DNA of 17,131 nucleotides from Candidatus Hydrothermarchaeota archaeon (GCA_046760505.1 JBHIEG010000033.1:1-17131); one strand, 5' to 3'. Shown: positions 1-8,993, counted from the first letter of the stretch. Translations and numbers: made by a program. The notes: generated by a model not told the origin, from the sequence alone.

Positions 1-388
1 CATACGACTCCTTGAGAAAACTTGCTCCAAATCTTAAATCCATTGTTAAAGATGAAAAACTCCCTCAGGATCTGAGAAAAGTAGCGATTTTGGCCTTAAT
101 CTCTGCAGGGATGTACCAAATCCTGAGAGAGATAAATACCACTCTTAAGTCCGTTGTTGAAAATAACACTCTATCTCAAGAATTTCGGGAAACCGCTATT
201 ATGGCATTAAGATCTGTAAAACGATACGATTCTCTGAGAGAGCTTACTCCAACTCTTAAATCTATTGTTGAAGACGAAAAATTCTCTCAGGACCTGAGGA
301 AAGAGGCAATTCTTGCGTTAATCGTTGCAAGATCATACGACTCCTTGAGAAAACTTGCTCCAAATCTTAAATCCATTGTTAAAGATGA
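1..388 (+). repeat. 111-bp-period coding tandem repeat with an exact 55-nt duplication (1-55 = 334-388)
   Basis: catacgactccttgagaaaacttgctccaaatcttaaatccattgttaaagatga occurs at 1 and at 334. The 333-nt distance equals three 37-codon units. Confidence 0.9.
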
Positions 389-554
389 GAATCTATCCTA
401 TGGTTTTAGGAAGGCAGCAATTATGGCTCTAGGACGTGCAGATGCCAACGATATTTTAGAAGAATTCTTAAAAGATGGAGATCTTTCTCAACCTCTAAGA
501 AGGGAAGTGATTATTGCAACAAGAGTATCGAAATACAGGTATAGATCTAGCTAA
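3..554 (+). CDS. HEAT/armadillo-like alpha-helical repeat protein, 5'-truncated by the window edge (37-aa repeats)
   Basis: The frame is open from position 3 ([10 protein letters not shown]...), so the TTG at 12 is not the true start. There are four full 37-aa units (Y-x-x-LR-x-L-x-P-x-LKSIV-x-D-x-x-L-S-x-x-(L/F)R-x-x-AI-x-AL) plus a degenerate fifth capping unit. The stop overlaps the stop of the convergent gene by 4 nt (551-554). Confidence 0.8.
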   Translation, partial: YDSLRKLAPNLKSIVKDEKLPQDLRKVAILALISAGMYQILREINTTLKSVVENNTLSQEFRETAIMALRSVKRYDSLRELTPTLKSIVEDEKFSQDLRKEAILALIVARSYDSLRKLAPNLKSIVKDENLSYGFRKAAIMALGRADANDILEEFLKDGDLSQPLRREVIIATRVSKYRYRSS

Positions 555-1777
555 TCTCCAAGTTTTTCTAGTTCGGTGGTTAAAAGCGGCAGAAACACAC
601 CAACATCTGTAACAACTCCTAAAGCATGGGCAGTTCCTCTATCTGTAAGTTTAGTAACCGTAGCAGGATTTATATCAACACATACGGTCTTCACATGGGA
701 TCTAAGCAGGTTGCCTACAGCAATGGAATGTAACATGCTTGCCATCATGACTACCATGGATACATCTCTCAAATGCTCTCTCATTACATCTTGGGCTTCC
801 ATTACGTCAGTAATTACTTCAGGTAAAGGACCATCATCCCTTATCGATCCTGCAAGAATAAAGGGAACGTTGTTTTTAACACATTCGTACATTATTCCCT
901 TTTTCAAAATATTTTGCTCTATGGCATTTTTTATCGAGCCGGCTTTCATTATGGTATTTATAGCCAAGATATGATGCCTGTGCCCACCAGGCGATGGTCT
1001 TCCATGAGTTATATCCATTCCAAGAGAGGTGCCGAACAAGGCGCATTCTATGTCATGAACTGCTAAAGCATTTCCTGATAGCAGTACATCTACGTACCCC
1101 TTTCTTATCAATTGCGAGACATATTCAGCGCCTCCTGTATGCACTACTGCAGGACCTATTACCCATGCAATTTTTTCTCCGTTTTTCTTAAGATTATACA
1201 TCTCATTTGCAATTTGATGAATTATGGAAGGAGAAGGCTTCTCTGTGGAGACATGACTCACCATAAACTCGAATACTCCTGTCCTTCCTCTGGGTCTTTC
1301 CGGAGGTATTACTCTTATTCCTTTCTTCCCTATGACCACATTTTCTCCTTTTTTTATCTCACCTATTGGCTTGCACAAAGCCTCCTTTTTCTTTGTATCG
1401 ATCACTATCATGCAGTCCATCTCAATATTTTTTACTTCCAGCCACTCTTTTCCGTACCTTATGTACGTAGGATGGTTAGTTGTGGAATAAAACTCATCTG
1501 GAACTGTCTTATCCTTTGGAGCAGGTAAAAATTCTACCTCCTCTATCTCGGGAACGTATGCGCCAACCTTATGAAGTTCTCCCAAGATTTCATCAAGGTG
1601 TTTCTGATCTTGTCCTTTGATCAGTATCCTTGCATAACTCGTTTCTACCTTTTTCTTTCCTATTTCGAACTCCAATACCTCAAAGTCTCCGTCCATGTCC
1701 ATTATGGTATCGAATACCTTCGGTAATATGAAGGAATCGATGATGTGGCCTTTAAGTTCTATCTCCCTCATAGCCAT
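551..1777 (-). CDS. TIGR00300 family protein (LOR/SDH conserved region; ArgZ/AgrE C-terminal-like ornithine cyclodeaminase)
   Basis: 408 aa with family motifs [64 protein letters not shown] and KLTDRG. A GGAGG ribosome-binding site lies just upstream of the ATG. Confidence 0.9.
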   Translation of the reverse strand: MAMREIELKGHIIDSFILPKVFDTIMDMDGDFEVLEFEIGKKKVETSYARILIKGQDQKHLDEILGELHKVGAYVPEIEEVEFLPAPKDKTVPDEFYSTTNHPTYIRYGKEWLEVKNIEMDCMIVIDTKKKEALCKPIGEIKKGENVVIGKKGIRVIPPERPRGRTGVFEFMVSHVSTEKPSPSIIHQIANEMYNLKKNGEKIAWVIGPAVVHTGGAEYVSQLIRKGYVDVLLSGNALAVHDIECALFGTSLGMDITHGRPSPGGHRHHILAINTIMKAGSIKNAIEQNILKKGIMYECVKNNVPFILAGSIRDDGPLPEVITDVMEAQDVMREHLRDVSMVVMMASMLHSIAVGNLLRSHVKTVCVDINPATVTKLTDRGTAHALGVVTDVGVFLPLLTTELEKLGD

Positions 1778-1888
1778 GAAAGCTCCTCCAAATGATTTGC
1801 ATCTACTTTACTTTAGTTTTTCCATATTTTTAAAGGATATAATTCTTTCTGTGTCGCCTTGTTAGAGAAATCTGGTTTAAACTAAAAT

Positions 1889-2322
1889 TTATCCTATTGT
1901 AACGATATCTTCTCCTGTGAGACAGGCTTCGTGGTCTTTGTATTTTACTCAAATATCCTACGAGTATAATTCCCTTTGAAGAAAGGTCCAGTTTAACGCT
2001 TATGTCATAATCACAGATACACCTACACATCTCTCCCTCATTGATCTCTACTATCTCAATTTTATCTCTTTTGCAGTCCAGTTCAACTTAATCTCCACGC
2101 AACAAACGTATTTTAGGTCGTGATCAAGGATTTATTGTTTCCTTTGACTTGAATCTTTAAACGTCCACCGGGTATAGAAATAATGCTCCTTATGTTCTCT
2201 TTTTTGTCACAACCTCGTATGGTATACCTGAGTTCAGGCACCATGGGACTCGAGGGGTCCTGTAGAAAATACACGAGGAAAGAAGAAAAACGATGAAAAT
2301 AAAAGTCAGAGGGTGAATTCAA
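1889..2322 (-). pseudogene. Frameshifted gene for a small Cys-rich secreted/lipoprotein-like protein (YVCC ... CRCIC motif)
   Basis: GGAGGA precedes a TTG at 2322. Joining frames gives ...LTFIFIVFLLSSC / ...ELRYTIRGCDKK...LKIQVKGNN / ILDHDLKYVCCVEI / VELDCKRDKIEIVEINEGEMCRCICDYDISVKLDL / KGNYTRRIF / VKYKDHEACLTGEDIVTIG-stop (1889). At least four apparent 1-nt deletions are needed. The ORF-track entries 2113..2322 and 1830..2030 are fragments of it. Confidence 0.7.
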
Positions 2323-2389
2323 ATTCCTCCTTGTTTACTTTGTTTGTTCGCTCTCTCTACTATTAAACATTATTTAAGACTGACATAAT

Positions 2390-2404
2390 AAAAAGACTTA
2401 TATT
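2390..2404 (+). promoter_or_regulatory. Putative BRE/TATA promoter for the lipoprotein gene (probably leaderless)
   Basis: A purine-rich AAAAGA followed by CTTATATT, centred about 26 nt upstream of the ATG at 2426. Confidence 0.45.
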
Positions 2405-2425
2405 CCTGCATATGGAAGAAAGTCC

Positions 2426-3652
2426 ATGAAAAGATATCTGGTATTGCTGGCATTATTGCTCGTTTTAGGATGTGTTTCCAAAGAAATTCCAGAAGAAACG
2501 CGGAATGGATCTAAAATCGCGATTTCTCGTGAGAGATTCAAATTGGAAACCATAGAAAAAAAGCAAAACGAAACCCTAGAAGAGAAGAAGCGTCTAACTC
2601 TATTGATTAGGCAGGCAACTCCCACCCACATAACATCTGAAAAAATATTCGCGGGAGACTTGGTTGAAGTAATCTCTCAAGATGGAGATGGAAAATGGAT
2701 TTCTTTTACAAAAATCAACATCGAGAGACCTGACGGGCTCAAATACGAAAGAATGACAAACGAGTTTGGAATAGCAAAATTGAAACTCGTAAAAGAAGGT
2801 AATTATAAAATTAAAACGCACAAAGAAGGTTATAAAAATTATACCACAACGATAAAAGTAGAAAAATTCCCCCCAGACGATTTGATGGATTATCCTTTGT
2901 ATACCGGGGAGTATGCAAAGCCTGAGAGCGATTGGATTGAGGAGAAGTTCAGCATAGGACTCCATACGGAGGGGAAGTTCACAGATTCTATTTTTTTAAT
3001 TTCAATCCCTAAGTTGAGAGAAGGCGGTGAATTATATCCTATAAAAATGGGAGATAGAGAATATGCATATTTAAGAAAAAACTTTTGGACAGATTTCAAT
3101 CCAAGGGAGTATGTCAAGTTAGATACCACAAGAGAAATGATAGTGAATGTAGTAGATACAGAAAATGGAGCCATGCTTAGAGTAAAGATCAATAGAATAA
3201 CTGAGTACGACAATGAATTTAAGTACATATGCTGGATAAAAGTTCCAAGAGAGAAAAAATATCCTGATTTGTATCCATATATCAGAAATACTCAGGGGAA
3301 TGTTCCTCTTTCATTTGGTGTAAATCCAGAAAACAGAGAAATAACTCTTCTTGAGGGAGAAGGAAACACTGACATACCGAAATACTGGAAATACCAACTT
3401 GGTTTAGATCGTGTAAAAGAATCCCTAAAAAAAGAATACTTTGGTGTAAAATTTAGTCCAGTTATAGACGTTAGGTATGATTACAAGAACAATGAGACCT
3501 CTAAAAATCCTAGGCATCCAACATACGGAAAATTAGGAGTAAGCCTCTTTTGGATAGATTTTAAGCCAAATTTAAACAATACAAAGCCTGTAGAGTTGAA
3601 AAATCCAATATGGAATGTTTACGAATATGAAAATAAGGAGAGGTTGGGTTAA
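2426..3652 (+). CDS. Predicted lipoprotein with a prealbumin/carboxypeptidase-regulatory-like beta domain and an unknown C-terminal domain
   Basis: 408 aa. Signal peptide with lipobox MKRYLVLLALLLVLG-C. The segment TNEFGIAKL..KEGNYKIKTHKEGY resembles surface beta-sandwich (CarboxypepD_reg-like) modules. Confidence 0.75.
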   Translation: MKRYLVLLALLLVLGCVSKEIPEETRNGSKIAISRERFKLETIEKKQNETLEEKKRLTLLIRQATPTHITSEKIFAGDLVEVISQDGDGKWISFTKINIERPDGLKYERMTNEFGIAKLKLVKEGNYKIKTHKEGYKNYTTTIKVEKFPPDDLMDYPLYTGEYAKPESDWIEEKFSIGLHTEGKFTDSIFLISIPKLREGGELYPIKMGDREYAYLRKNFWTDFNPREYVKLDTTREMIVNVVDTENGAMLRVKINRITEYDNEFKYICWIKVPREKKYPDLYPYIRNTQGNVPLSFGVNPENREITLLEGEGNTDIPKYWKYQLGLDRVKESLKKEYFGVKFSPVIDVRYDYKNNETSKNPRHPTYGKLGVSLFWIDFKPNLNNTKPVELKNPIWNVYEYENKERLG

Positions 3653-3668
3653 ATTTTTGTTTTAATTG

Positions 3669-5036
3669 CTAGCTTACACCCCCAGATCCCCCATAACTCC
3701 TTCTATACTTATCCCTCATCCCAGAGGTTATAACACCCCTCGAATAAGTAGAAGCCCCCCAATTCTCCTTCCTTGATTTTCCGCCGACAGGTCCTACGAC
3801 TGCTACACTGCCCAAATCGCTAACATATGCTTTTATTCTACCATCTCTTTTGAAGGTGTATGTATTTCCTCCATAATAACTGACAGACCAACTACTACTT
3901 TCCCTTCTTCCAAAAGAATTCGGGATCTCCTTAACTATTTCTCTCGCCTCTGAGACGGTAAAAGTTTTTGAAAAGCTATCGCCTCCTGAAAACATGGCTC
4001 TCCATATCTCCAATTTATTTGAAAGTTCTGAGATTTCTTTGGGAGATAAAGCCGCATTTTTAGCATCAGTCTTAACGCTTATCTCTCTTTCCCATATTTT
4101 TTTAATTCCATTGCTTGCATTTTGATCCAATATCCTGTATCTTAGATTTGTATAAGGAATATCTAACTTAGGATCAGGAATTGCTTTAAACTCCCTATCT
4201 ATCAAGAATAACTCGTATCTAACTTTGGCCTTACACACGTACTGAGGAGGAACGTACTCTACACTCTTAGAAGTAACGATGAAGTGTCCTTCTCCCTCTA
4301 CTTCTGCTTTTTCAACTTCTATGCTCCTTTGAATCAATCTTACTTCTACGTGATGTTTAACGAGTGTATCGCTTGTCTCTATCTTTGCCCAGTTTAGCAA
4401 GGATTTATTTATCTCTTTTTTTGCTTTATCTTTTCCTTCTGGTTGCTTTTCTTTTAAAACACTCACCACGTGATTTACAGGGGAATTTCTCTTCCTATCT
4501 TTATAAGTCGGTGAAAGTTCATAAAGAGTATAAAAACGAGCGGGAACAAATCTTCTAACAAAGAGATTATCCGATGATTTAGCCCTTTTAGTTTTTAAGG
4601 ATGCATAGATATTTGAATACGCATAAATACCGCCAACATAATCATACGAATAAACACCTACATCATATGGCTCTATTCTTTTAATTTCAATTGAAATGTT
4701 GCCTTTTTCTACATCAAATCCATTTTTCTCAAGATAGCCCTTAAATTCCTTTATTATTCCATTCAACTTTTTATTTACTTTTATTTTTATATCTTCTGGA
4801 TTTCCTCCCTCCTCTCCGACTTCCTGAGCAATCCTTAATGTTTGGGAGTATAGATTTACACCCAAAGTATCCTGTATGCATCCCAAGTAATGATCAGCCT
4901 CTAATGGAGAAAGGCTCGCTACAACAGTCTTGTGTTCCAAGTCAATTCTGTAAGCTTTATACGCGATAGATCCCGCTATCAAAATAATCGCCAATAACAA
5001 TACAGAAATGGTCTCGATATCCCCCCTCTCATCCAT
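3669..5036 (-). CDS. Hypothetical secreted/membrane-anchored protein with a class III (prepilin-like) N-terminus
   Basis: Long ORF (track start 5096, GTG). The more likely start is the ATG at 5036 (or 5042), giving MDERG|DIETISVLLLAIILIAGSIAY, because a BRE/TATA-like GAAAAG-TTTTATAT sits at 5072-5059, about 26 nt upstream. The C-terminal tail is Gly/Ser-rich. Confidence 0.7.
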   Translation of the reverse strand: MDERGDIETISVLLLAIILIAGSIAYKAYRIDLEHKTVVASLSPLEADHYLGCIQDTLGVNLYSQTLRIAQEVGEEGGNPEDIKIKVNKKLNGIIKEFKGYLEKNGFDVEKGNISIEIKRIEPYDVGVYSYDYVGGIYAYSNIYASLKTKRAKSSDNLFVRRFVPARFYTLYELSPTYKDRKRNSPVNHVVSVLKEKQPEGKDKAKKEINKSLLNWAKIETSDTLVKHHVEVRLIQRSIEVEKAEVEGEGHFIVTSKSVEYVPPQYVCKAKVRYELFLIDREFKAIPDPKLDIPYTNLRYRILDQNASNGIKKIWEREISVKTDAKNAALSPKEISELSNKLEIWRAMFSGGDSFSKTFTVSEAREIVKEIPNSFGRRESSSWSVSYYGGNTYTFKRDGRIKAYVSDLGSVAVVGPVGGKSRKENWGASTYSRGVITSGMRDKYRRSYGGSGGVS

Positions 5037-5058
5037 GTTCATTCGCTTTTTTTCATGG

Positions 5059-5072
5059 ATATAAAACTTTTC
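5059..5072 (-). promoter_or_regulatory. Putative BRE/TATA promoter for the prepilin-like gene
   Basis: The minus strand reads GAAAAGTTTTATAT. The spacing predicts a transcription start at about 5036, coinciding with an ATG. Confidence 0.5.
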
Positions 5073-5148
5073 ATTTGCTTTGTCAAAAAATTTCACAAGT
5101 CGATTTAAATATAATCATTTTATTAATAAATAATAAGGTCGGATTCCC

Positions 5149-5478
5149 ATGGATTTGGAAGAAATTACTATCCAAGAAGAAATAATTAAACTAGGAGAGA
5201 TTATAAGAGGGTATCTCAAAATTCCGCCATTCAACTGGCATTTTGATTTTGAAACTTCTGGATATGAGAGGAAAAAACCATATGCTATGTGTAACAATGA
5301 GACTAACACCATCAATGTTTATATGAAAAATCTCATTGAGGACAAGGTATCTAAGTTGAATATTTACGCAATTGTGGTCCATGAAATCGTTCATTTTCTC
5401 CATCCCGATCATGGACATGAATTCGAAAAAACATGGACTGAAATATGGTTGAGATATATCAGCGAGCACCGTTTTTGA
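5149..5478 (+). CDS. Minimal YgjP/DUF45 (M48/SprT-like) zinc metallopeptidase-domain protein
   Basis: 109 aa. YAIVVHEIVHFLHPDHGHEF matches the HExxH-x5-H-x3-F zincin pattern. TTTAAATA lies upstream at about 5104-5111. Confidence 0.75.
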   Translation: MDLEEITIQEEIIKLGEIIRGYLKIPPFNWHFDFETSGYERKKPYAMCNNETNTINVYMKNLIEDKVSKLNIYAIVVHEIVHFLHPDHGHEFEKTWTEIWLRYISEHRF

Positions 5479-5557
5479 AATTTACGGGCTTTAAGAATAT
5501 TTTGAAAGATTATGACGGCGTCTGACAGAAAACTCGTATATTTAAAAATTATTTAGG

Positions 5558-5592
5558 TTTTTTTCTCGCAATATAACAATATAGAGAAAAAA
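5558..5592. terminator. Putative bidirectional oligo-T terminator / inverted repeat between convergent genes
   Basis: TTTTTTCTC (5559-5567) and GAGAAAAAA (5584-5592) are perfect reverse complements. This puts a T-run on each strand downstream of the convergent stops at 5478 (+) and 5668 (-). Confidence 0.5.
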
Positions 5593-5618
5593 TAATAGAG
5601 AATTAATTAAAATAAGTA

Positions 5619-5666
5619 TGAGGACGCCATATATTTCCTCCCGGTCTTAGGCGGCAGGTGTCCTCA
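5619..5666. repeat. GC-rich stem-loop immediately downstream of the gltB3 stop
   Basis: TGAGGACGCC (5619-5628) pairs with GGTGTCCTCA (5657-5666), 10 bp with one G-U on the + strand, enclosing 28 nt in otherwise AT-rich DNA. Confidence 0.55.
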
Positions 5667-5667
5667 C

Positions 5668-6414
5668 TCAACCTTCGTCTATATACATATCACCAAAAGG
5701 CCTGTGAGAGCGAGGAACTATCTTAACTAGTTCGTCTTCAATTATTTTGTCGAAATTGCAGTGGAAATTACTGCTGAATTCCCTAAGGTAAGGTTTTAGC
5801 AATTTTCTATCCGAATCGCCGAATTCACCAAAAACTGCCCCGACACCCAAATAATCTTCTTCTACGGTGGCCCTTATATAAATTACTCCGCCGTGAATTC
5901 CTGTTCCAATCCAGTCTCCAACTACATCATCTTTTTCTTTGAGATTCAATATAACAACTACCCCGCCAGCCATATACTCCCCTAAGAAATCTCCAGCAGT
6001 ACCTCCCGCTATTATAACCGGAAATCTATTTCCATACTGCTTCATGTGAATGCCGACTCTCTGACCCACGTTCCCTTTAACTAGAATGCATCCTCCTCTC
6101 ATGGAGTGACCAGTGATGTCTCTCGCATCTCCATGAATTATTACCTTCCCGGAGTTCATTGTATTGCCGGTTCCGTCTTGAACGTCTCCGTAAACGGTTA
6201 TCTCAGGACCGTCCATGAAGGCTGCAAGATCGTCTCCCGGAGTTCCATTGATATCAATTTTACAGTGGACTCCAACACCATCAGCAATATATCTCTGTCC
6301 ATTTACGTTTATTAATTCTAATTCTCTTTCTCCACTTTCCAAGGCTTTCCATATTCTCTCATTTAGATCTTTATAATGCAGACCTTTTGCATCTATCTTG
6401 AGCATGCCTATCAT
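5668..6414 (-). CDS. gltB3: Glutamate synthase, GXGXG (domain 3) subunit
   Basis: 248 aa with repeated G-x-x-G-x-x-x-G-x-x-M-x-x-G beta-helix motifs (GNTMNSG, GHSMRGG, GEYMAGG, GTGIHGG). ATGA overlap with the upstream gene. Confidence 0.88.
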   Translation of the reverse strand: MIGMLKIDAKGLHYKDLNERIWKALESGERELELINVNGQRYIADGVGVHCKIDINGTPGDDLAAFMDGPEITVYGDVQDGTGNTMNSGKVIIHGDARDITGHSMRGGCILVKGNVGQRVGIHMKQYGNRFPVIIAGGTAGDFLGEYMAGGVVVILNLKEKDDVVGDWIGTGIHGGVIYIRATVEEDYLGVGAVFGEFGDSDRKLLKPYLREFSSNFHCNFDKIIEDELVKIVPRSHRPFGDMYIDEG

Positions 6415-7916
6415 CTGCCAACAGGCTCAACGTCAAGAATTTCTAACATAGTATGGTCCAATCCAATTCCTCTTAGCCTCTCCCTATTTCCCCTGAGACT
6501 CTCAATAGAATTTAATCCTAAAGCGCCCAAAATCTCTTTCAACTCTATACTCCAAGCATTTATCAAATTAGCGACTCTCTGAGCCCCAATTTCTGGATCT
6601 AATCGCTTTACAAGATTTGGATCTTGGGTTGCTATTCCCCAAGAGCATTTCCCTGTAAAGCATCTCTTGCAAACTCTGCATCCAAGGGCTATTAATGCGG
6701 CTGTACCAATTGCTACTGCATCTGCTCCAAGCGCAATCGCCTTAGCAACATCTGCAGCGCTCCTAATGCCTCCGCTGGCAATTATAGATGCCTCGTTTCT
6801 TATTCCTTCCTCCCTCAATCTTTCATCAACGACTGCTATGGCTATTTCTATTGGAATTCCAAGATGATCCCTTATAACCTTTGGAGAAGCTCCGGTGCCG
6901 CCCATGTTACCATCTAAAACAACAGCATCTGCTCCTGCTCTAACAATACCGCTCGCAATAGGGGCTGAATTATGCACTGCTGCTATCTTTACAAAGACAG
7001 GTTTTTCATACCTAGTTGCTTCTTTTAGAGCGTAAATTAGCCTGGACAGATCTTCTATTGAGTATATATCATGGTGAGGAGCAGGGGATAAGGCATCCGT
7101 TCCGGTGGGTATCATTCTAGTTTCTGAAATTGCCTCAGAGACTTTTCTTCCAGGAAGATGTCCGCCTATCCCGGGCTTTGCACCCTGCCCTATCTTTATC
7201 TCTATTCCAGCCGCGATGTTGAGATATTCTCTATGTACTCCGAATCTACCGCTAGCTACTTGAACCACAATACTATCTGCTAAAGGATAGAGGTCTTTGT
7301 GAAGTCCTCCTTCTCCTGTGCCCATAACTGTACCCACCATTTTGGCTCCCCTTGCCAAAGATTTGTGGGCATTGAGGCTTAAGGCACCGTATGACATATG
7401 TGCTATGGTAATGGGGGTTTTTATCTCTAAATTTGGAGTTATTTCCGTCATCAACTCTATTTCTTCGTTTTCCTCTCTCAACTCAAGCATCTTTGGTTTC
7501 TTTCCAATAAATGTGGTGAGCTCCATCGGCTCCCTTAGGGGGTCTATAGCAGGATTTGTTACCTGACATGCGTCGATTAATAAATGATCGAATATAGATG
7601 GATACCTCACCTCACATCCAGTACTTACCAGAATTGCACTTCCGGTCTCTGCTTGAGCCAAAATATCTCTTCTAATCTCTTCAGTCCATGTTGGGTGGCT
7701 GCTAAAGGCAATTGGTCTCTTATCGATTGTTATAGCCTTCGTAGGGCATTTTTCCATACATCTTTGACATGCAACGCATAGGGCATCGTCAGATATTATC
7801 TTGTTCTTTTCTTCATCATACCTGAGTACATCAAATGAACATTCCCTGATGCAACGCCTACAAACATTACATATTTCTCTATCGATGTTTATCTTGAATT
7901 CTGGTAAACTACTCAT
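6411..7916 (-). CDS. gltB2: Glutamate synthase FMN-binding (domain 2) subunit with N-terminal 2[4Fe-4S] ferredoxin domain
   Basis: 501 aa. CxxCxxCxxxC occurs twice at the N-terminus. Motifs MSYGALS, TGEGG, QVASGRFGV, EIKIGQGAKPGIGGHLPG and SPAPHHDIYSIEDL are present, with a C-terminal CRVCKRCFTGKC cluster motif. Confidence 0.95.
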   Translation of the reverse strand: MSSLPEFKINIDREICNVCRRCIRECSFDVLRYDEEKNKIISDDALCVACQRCMEKCPTKAITIDKRPIAFSSHPTWTEEIRRDILAQAETGSAILVSTGCEVRYPSIFDHLLIDACQVTNPAIDPLREPMELTTFIGKKPKMLELREENEEIELMTEITPNLEIKTPITIAHMSYGALSLNAHKSLARGAKMVGTVMGTGEGGLHKDLYPLADSIVVQVASGRFGVHREYLNIAAGIEIKIGQGAKPGIGGHLPGRKVSEAISETRMIPTGTDALSPAPHHDIYSIEDLSRLIYALKEATRYEKPVFVKIAAVHNSAPIASGIVRAGADAVVLDGNMGGTGASPKVIRDHLGIPIEIAIAVVDERLREEGIRNEASIIASGGIRSAADVAKAIALGADAVAIGTAALIALGCRVCKRCFTGKCSWGIATQDPNLVKRLDPEIGAQRVANLINAWSIELKEILGALGLNSIESLRGNRERLRGIGLDHTMLEILDVEPVGR

Positions 7917-8952
7917 TTTTCAACACCCTTGCAATTACAGGCTCGCCAGCCTTAGGTGCCCAGATTTTATCCGGATTTGAGCATATGCTCATTATAGCTG
8001 CCTCTTCTGATGCTAGATAACTGAAATCCTCTGTTTCAGCGGCTATTAAAGGTCTTAACTTTATTCTATCATTAAGACCCATCATAGAATTCCTGTTGGC
8101 AACTATAATTCCAAACGGACCGTTTAACATTGCTGAGCCATAGGTCATCCTTATTACCTTTAGTAGTTTTCTCTCTTTTTCACTCATCCTTTTTGTGTGC
8201 TTCCAGAAATCTGGTGTCAATACCTCCGCAGCTATCTTGAGGGGTAACTTATGCCTTCTTACCAAAAGATCACATAGGTATGCCACGACTTCTGTATCTG
8301 TTAAGAGCGTGCACTTATAGCCCCAGGTTTCAAGATATCTTCTATTTATTCCATAAGAACTGATCTCTCCATTATGAACGACTGACCAGTCTAGTATGTT
8401 AAAGGGATGCGCGCCACCCCACCATCCTGGTGTATTGGTTGGAAATCTTCCGTGACCCAGCCAGATATGTCCTTTGTACTTATCCACCTTGAAGAGCCTA
8501 GCAACATCTTTCGGATAGCCGGTGGCTTTGAACACACCCATGTTTTTTCCACTAGAGCAAACAAAGGCTCCATTTTCCGCTTGGTTTATTCCCATAACCA
8601 GATCTACGATATAATCATCCTTATTTTTGACATCCTCGTGGGTATCGACGAAATACCTCCATGACAGCATTTCTTTTGGAATTTCTTTGATATTTCTGGT
8701 TGGAATCTCTTCTTCCTTGTATATAATTATTTTTTCATCCTTAAGAGATTCCTCAAGACGTTCCTTTGCGATTTCATCCCTATATAATATATGAAGGGCA
8801 TATAGCTCCTTGTACTTTGGATATATTCCATAACCAGAAAAGCCGCCCCCTAGCCCATTGTACCTATAATTCATCGTGTCCATTAGGGTTATTATTTTCT
8901 TTGCCTCTATCAGCTTACCATGCTTGCTAAGAATTCCTCCTATGCCGCACAT
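7909..8952 (-). CDS. gltB1: Glutamate synthase amidotransferase (class II Ntn GATase, domain 1) subunit
   Basis: 347 aa. N-terminal nucleophile MCGIGG; motifs HGRFPTNT, AHPF, HNGEISSY, TDTEV, NGPF, DRIKLRP and ASEE. Overlaps gltB2 by 8 nt. Confidence 0.92.
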   Translation of the reverse strand: MCGIGGILSKHGKLIEAKKIITLMDTMNYRYNGLGGGFSGYGIYPKYKELYALHILYRDEIAKERLEESLKDEKIIIYKEEEIPTRNIKEIPKEMLSWRYFVDTHEDVKNKDDYIVDLVMGINQAENGAFVCSSGKNMGVFKATGYPKDVARLFKVDKYKGHIWLGHGRFPTNTPGWWGGAHPFNILDWSVVHNGEISSYGINRRYLETWGYKCTLLTDTEVVAYLCDLLVRRHKLPLKIAAEVLTPDFWKHTKRMSEKERKLLKVIRMTYGSAMLNGPFGIIVANRNSMMGLNDRIKLRPLIAAETEDFSYLASEEAAIMSICSNPDKIWAPKAGEPVIARVLKNE

Positions 8953-8993
8953 TTCTATATTCTCCGGGAGTGCTATTTCTTTGACTATAAGTT

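Noticed and set aside
2403-2417. NrpR nitrogen operator (TTCC-N7-GGAA seen)
   Set aside because: The orientation and spacing do not match the GGAA-N6-TTCC consensus.
5619-5666. HDV-like ribozyme reading of the TTCCTCCCGG element
   Set aside because: I could not assemble convincing P1/P2/P3 pairings or a J4/2 catalytic segment.
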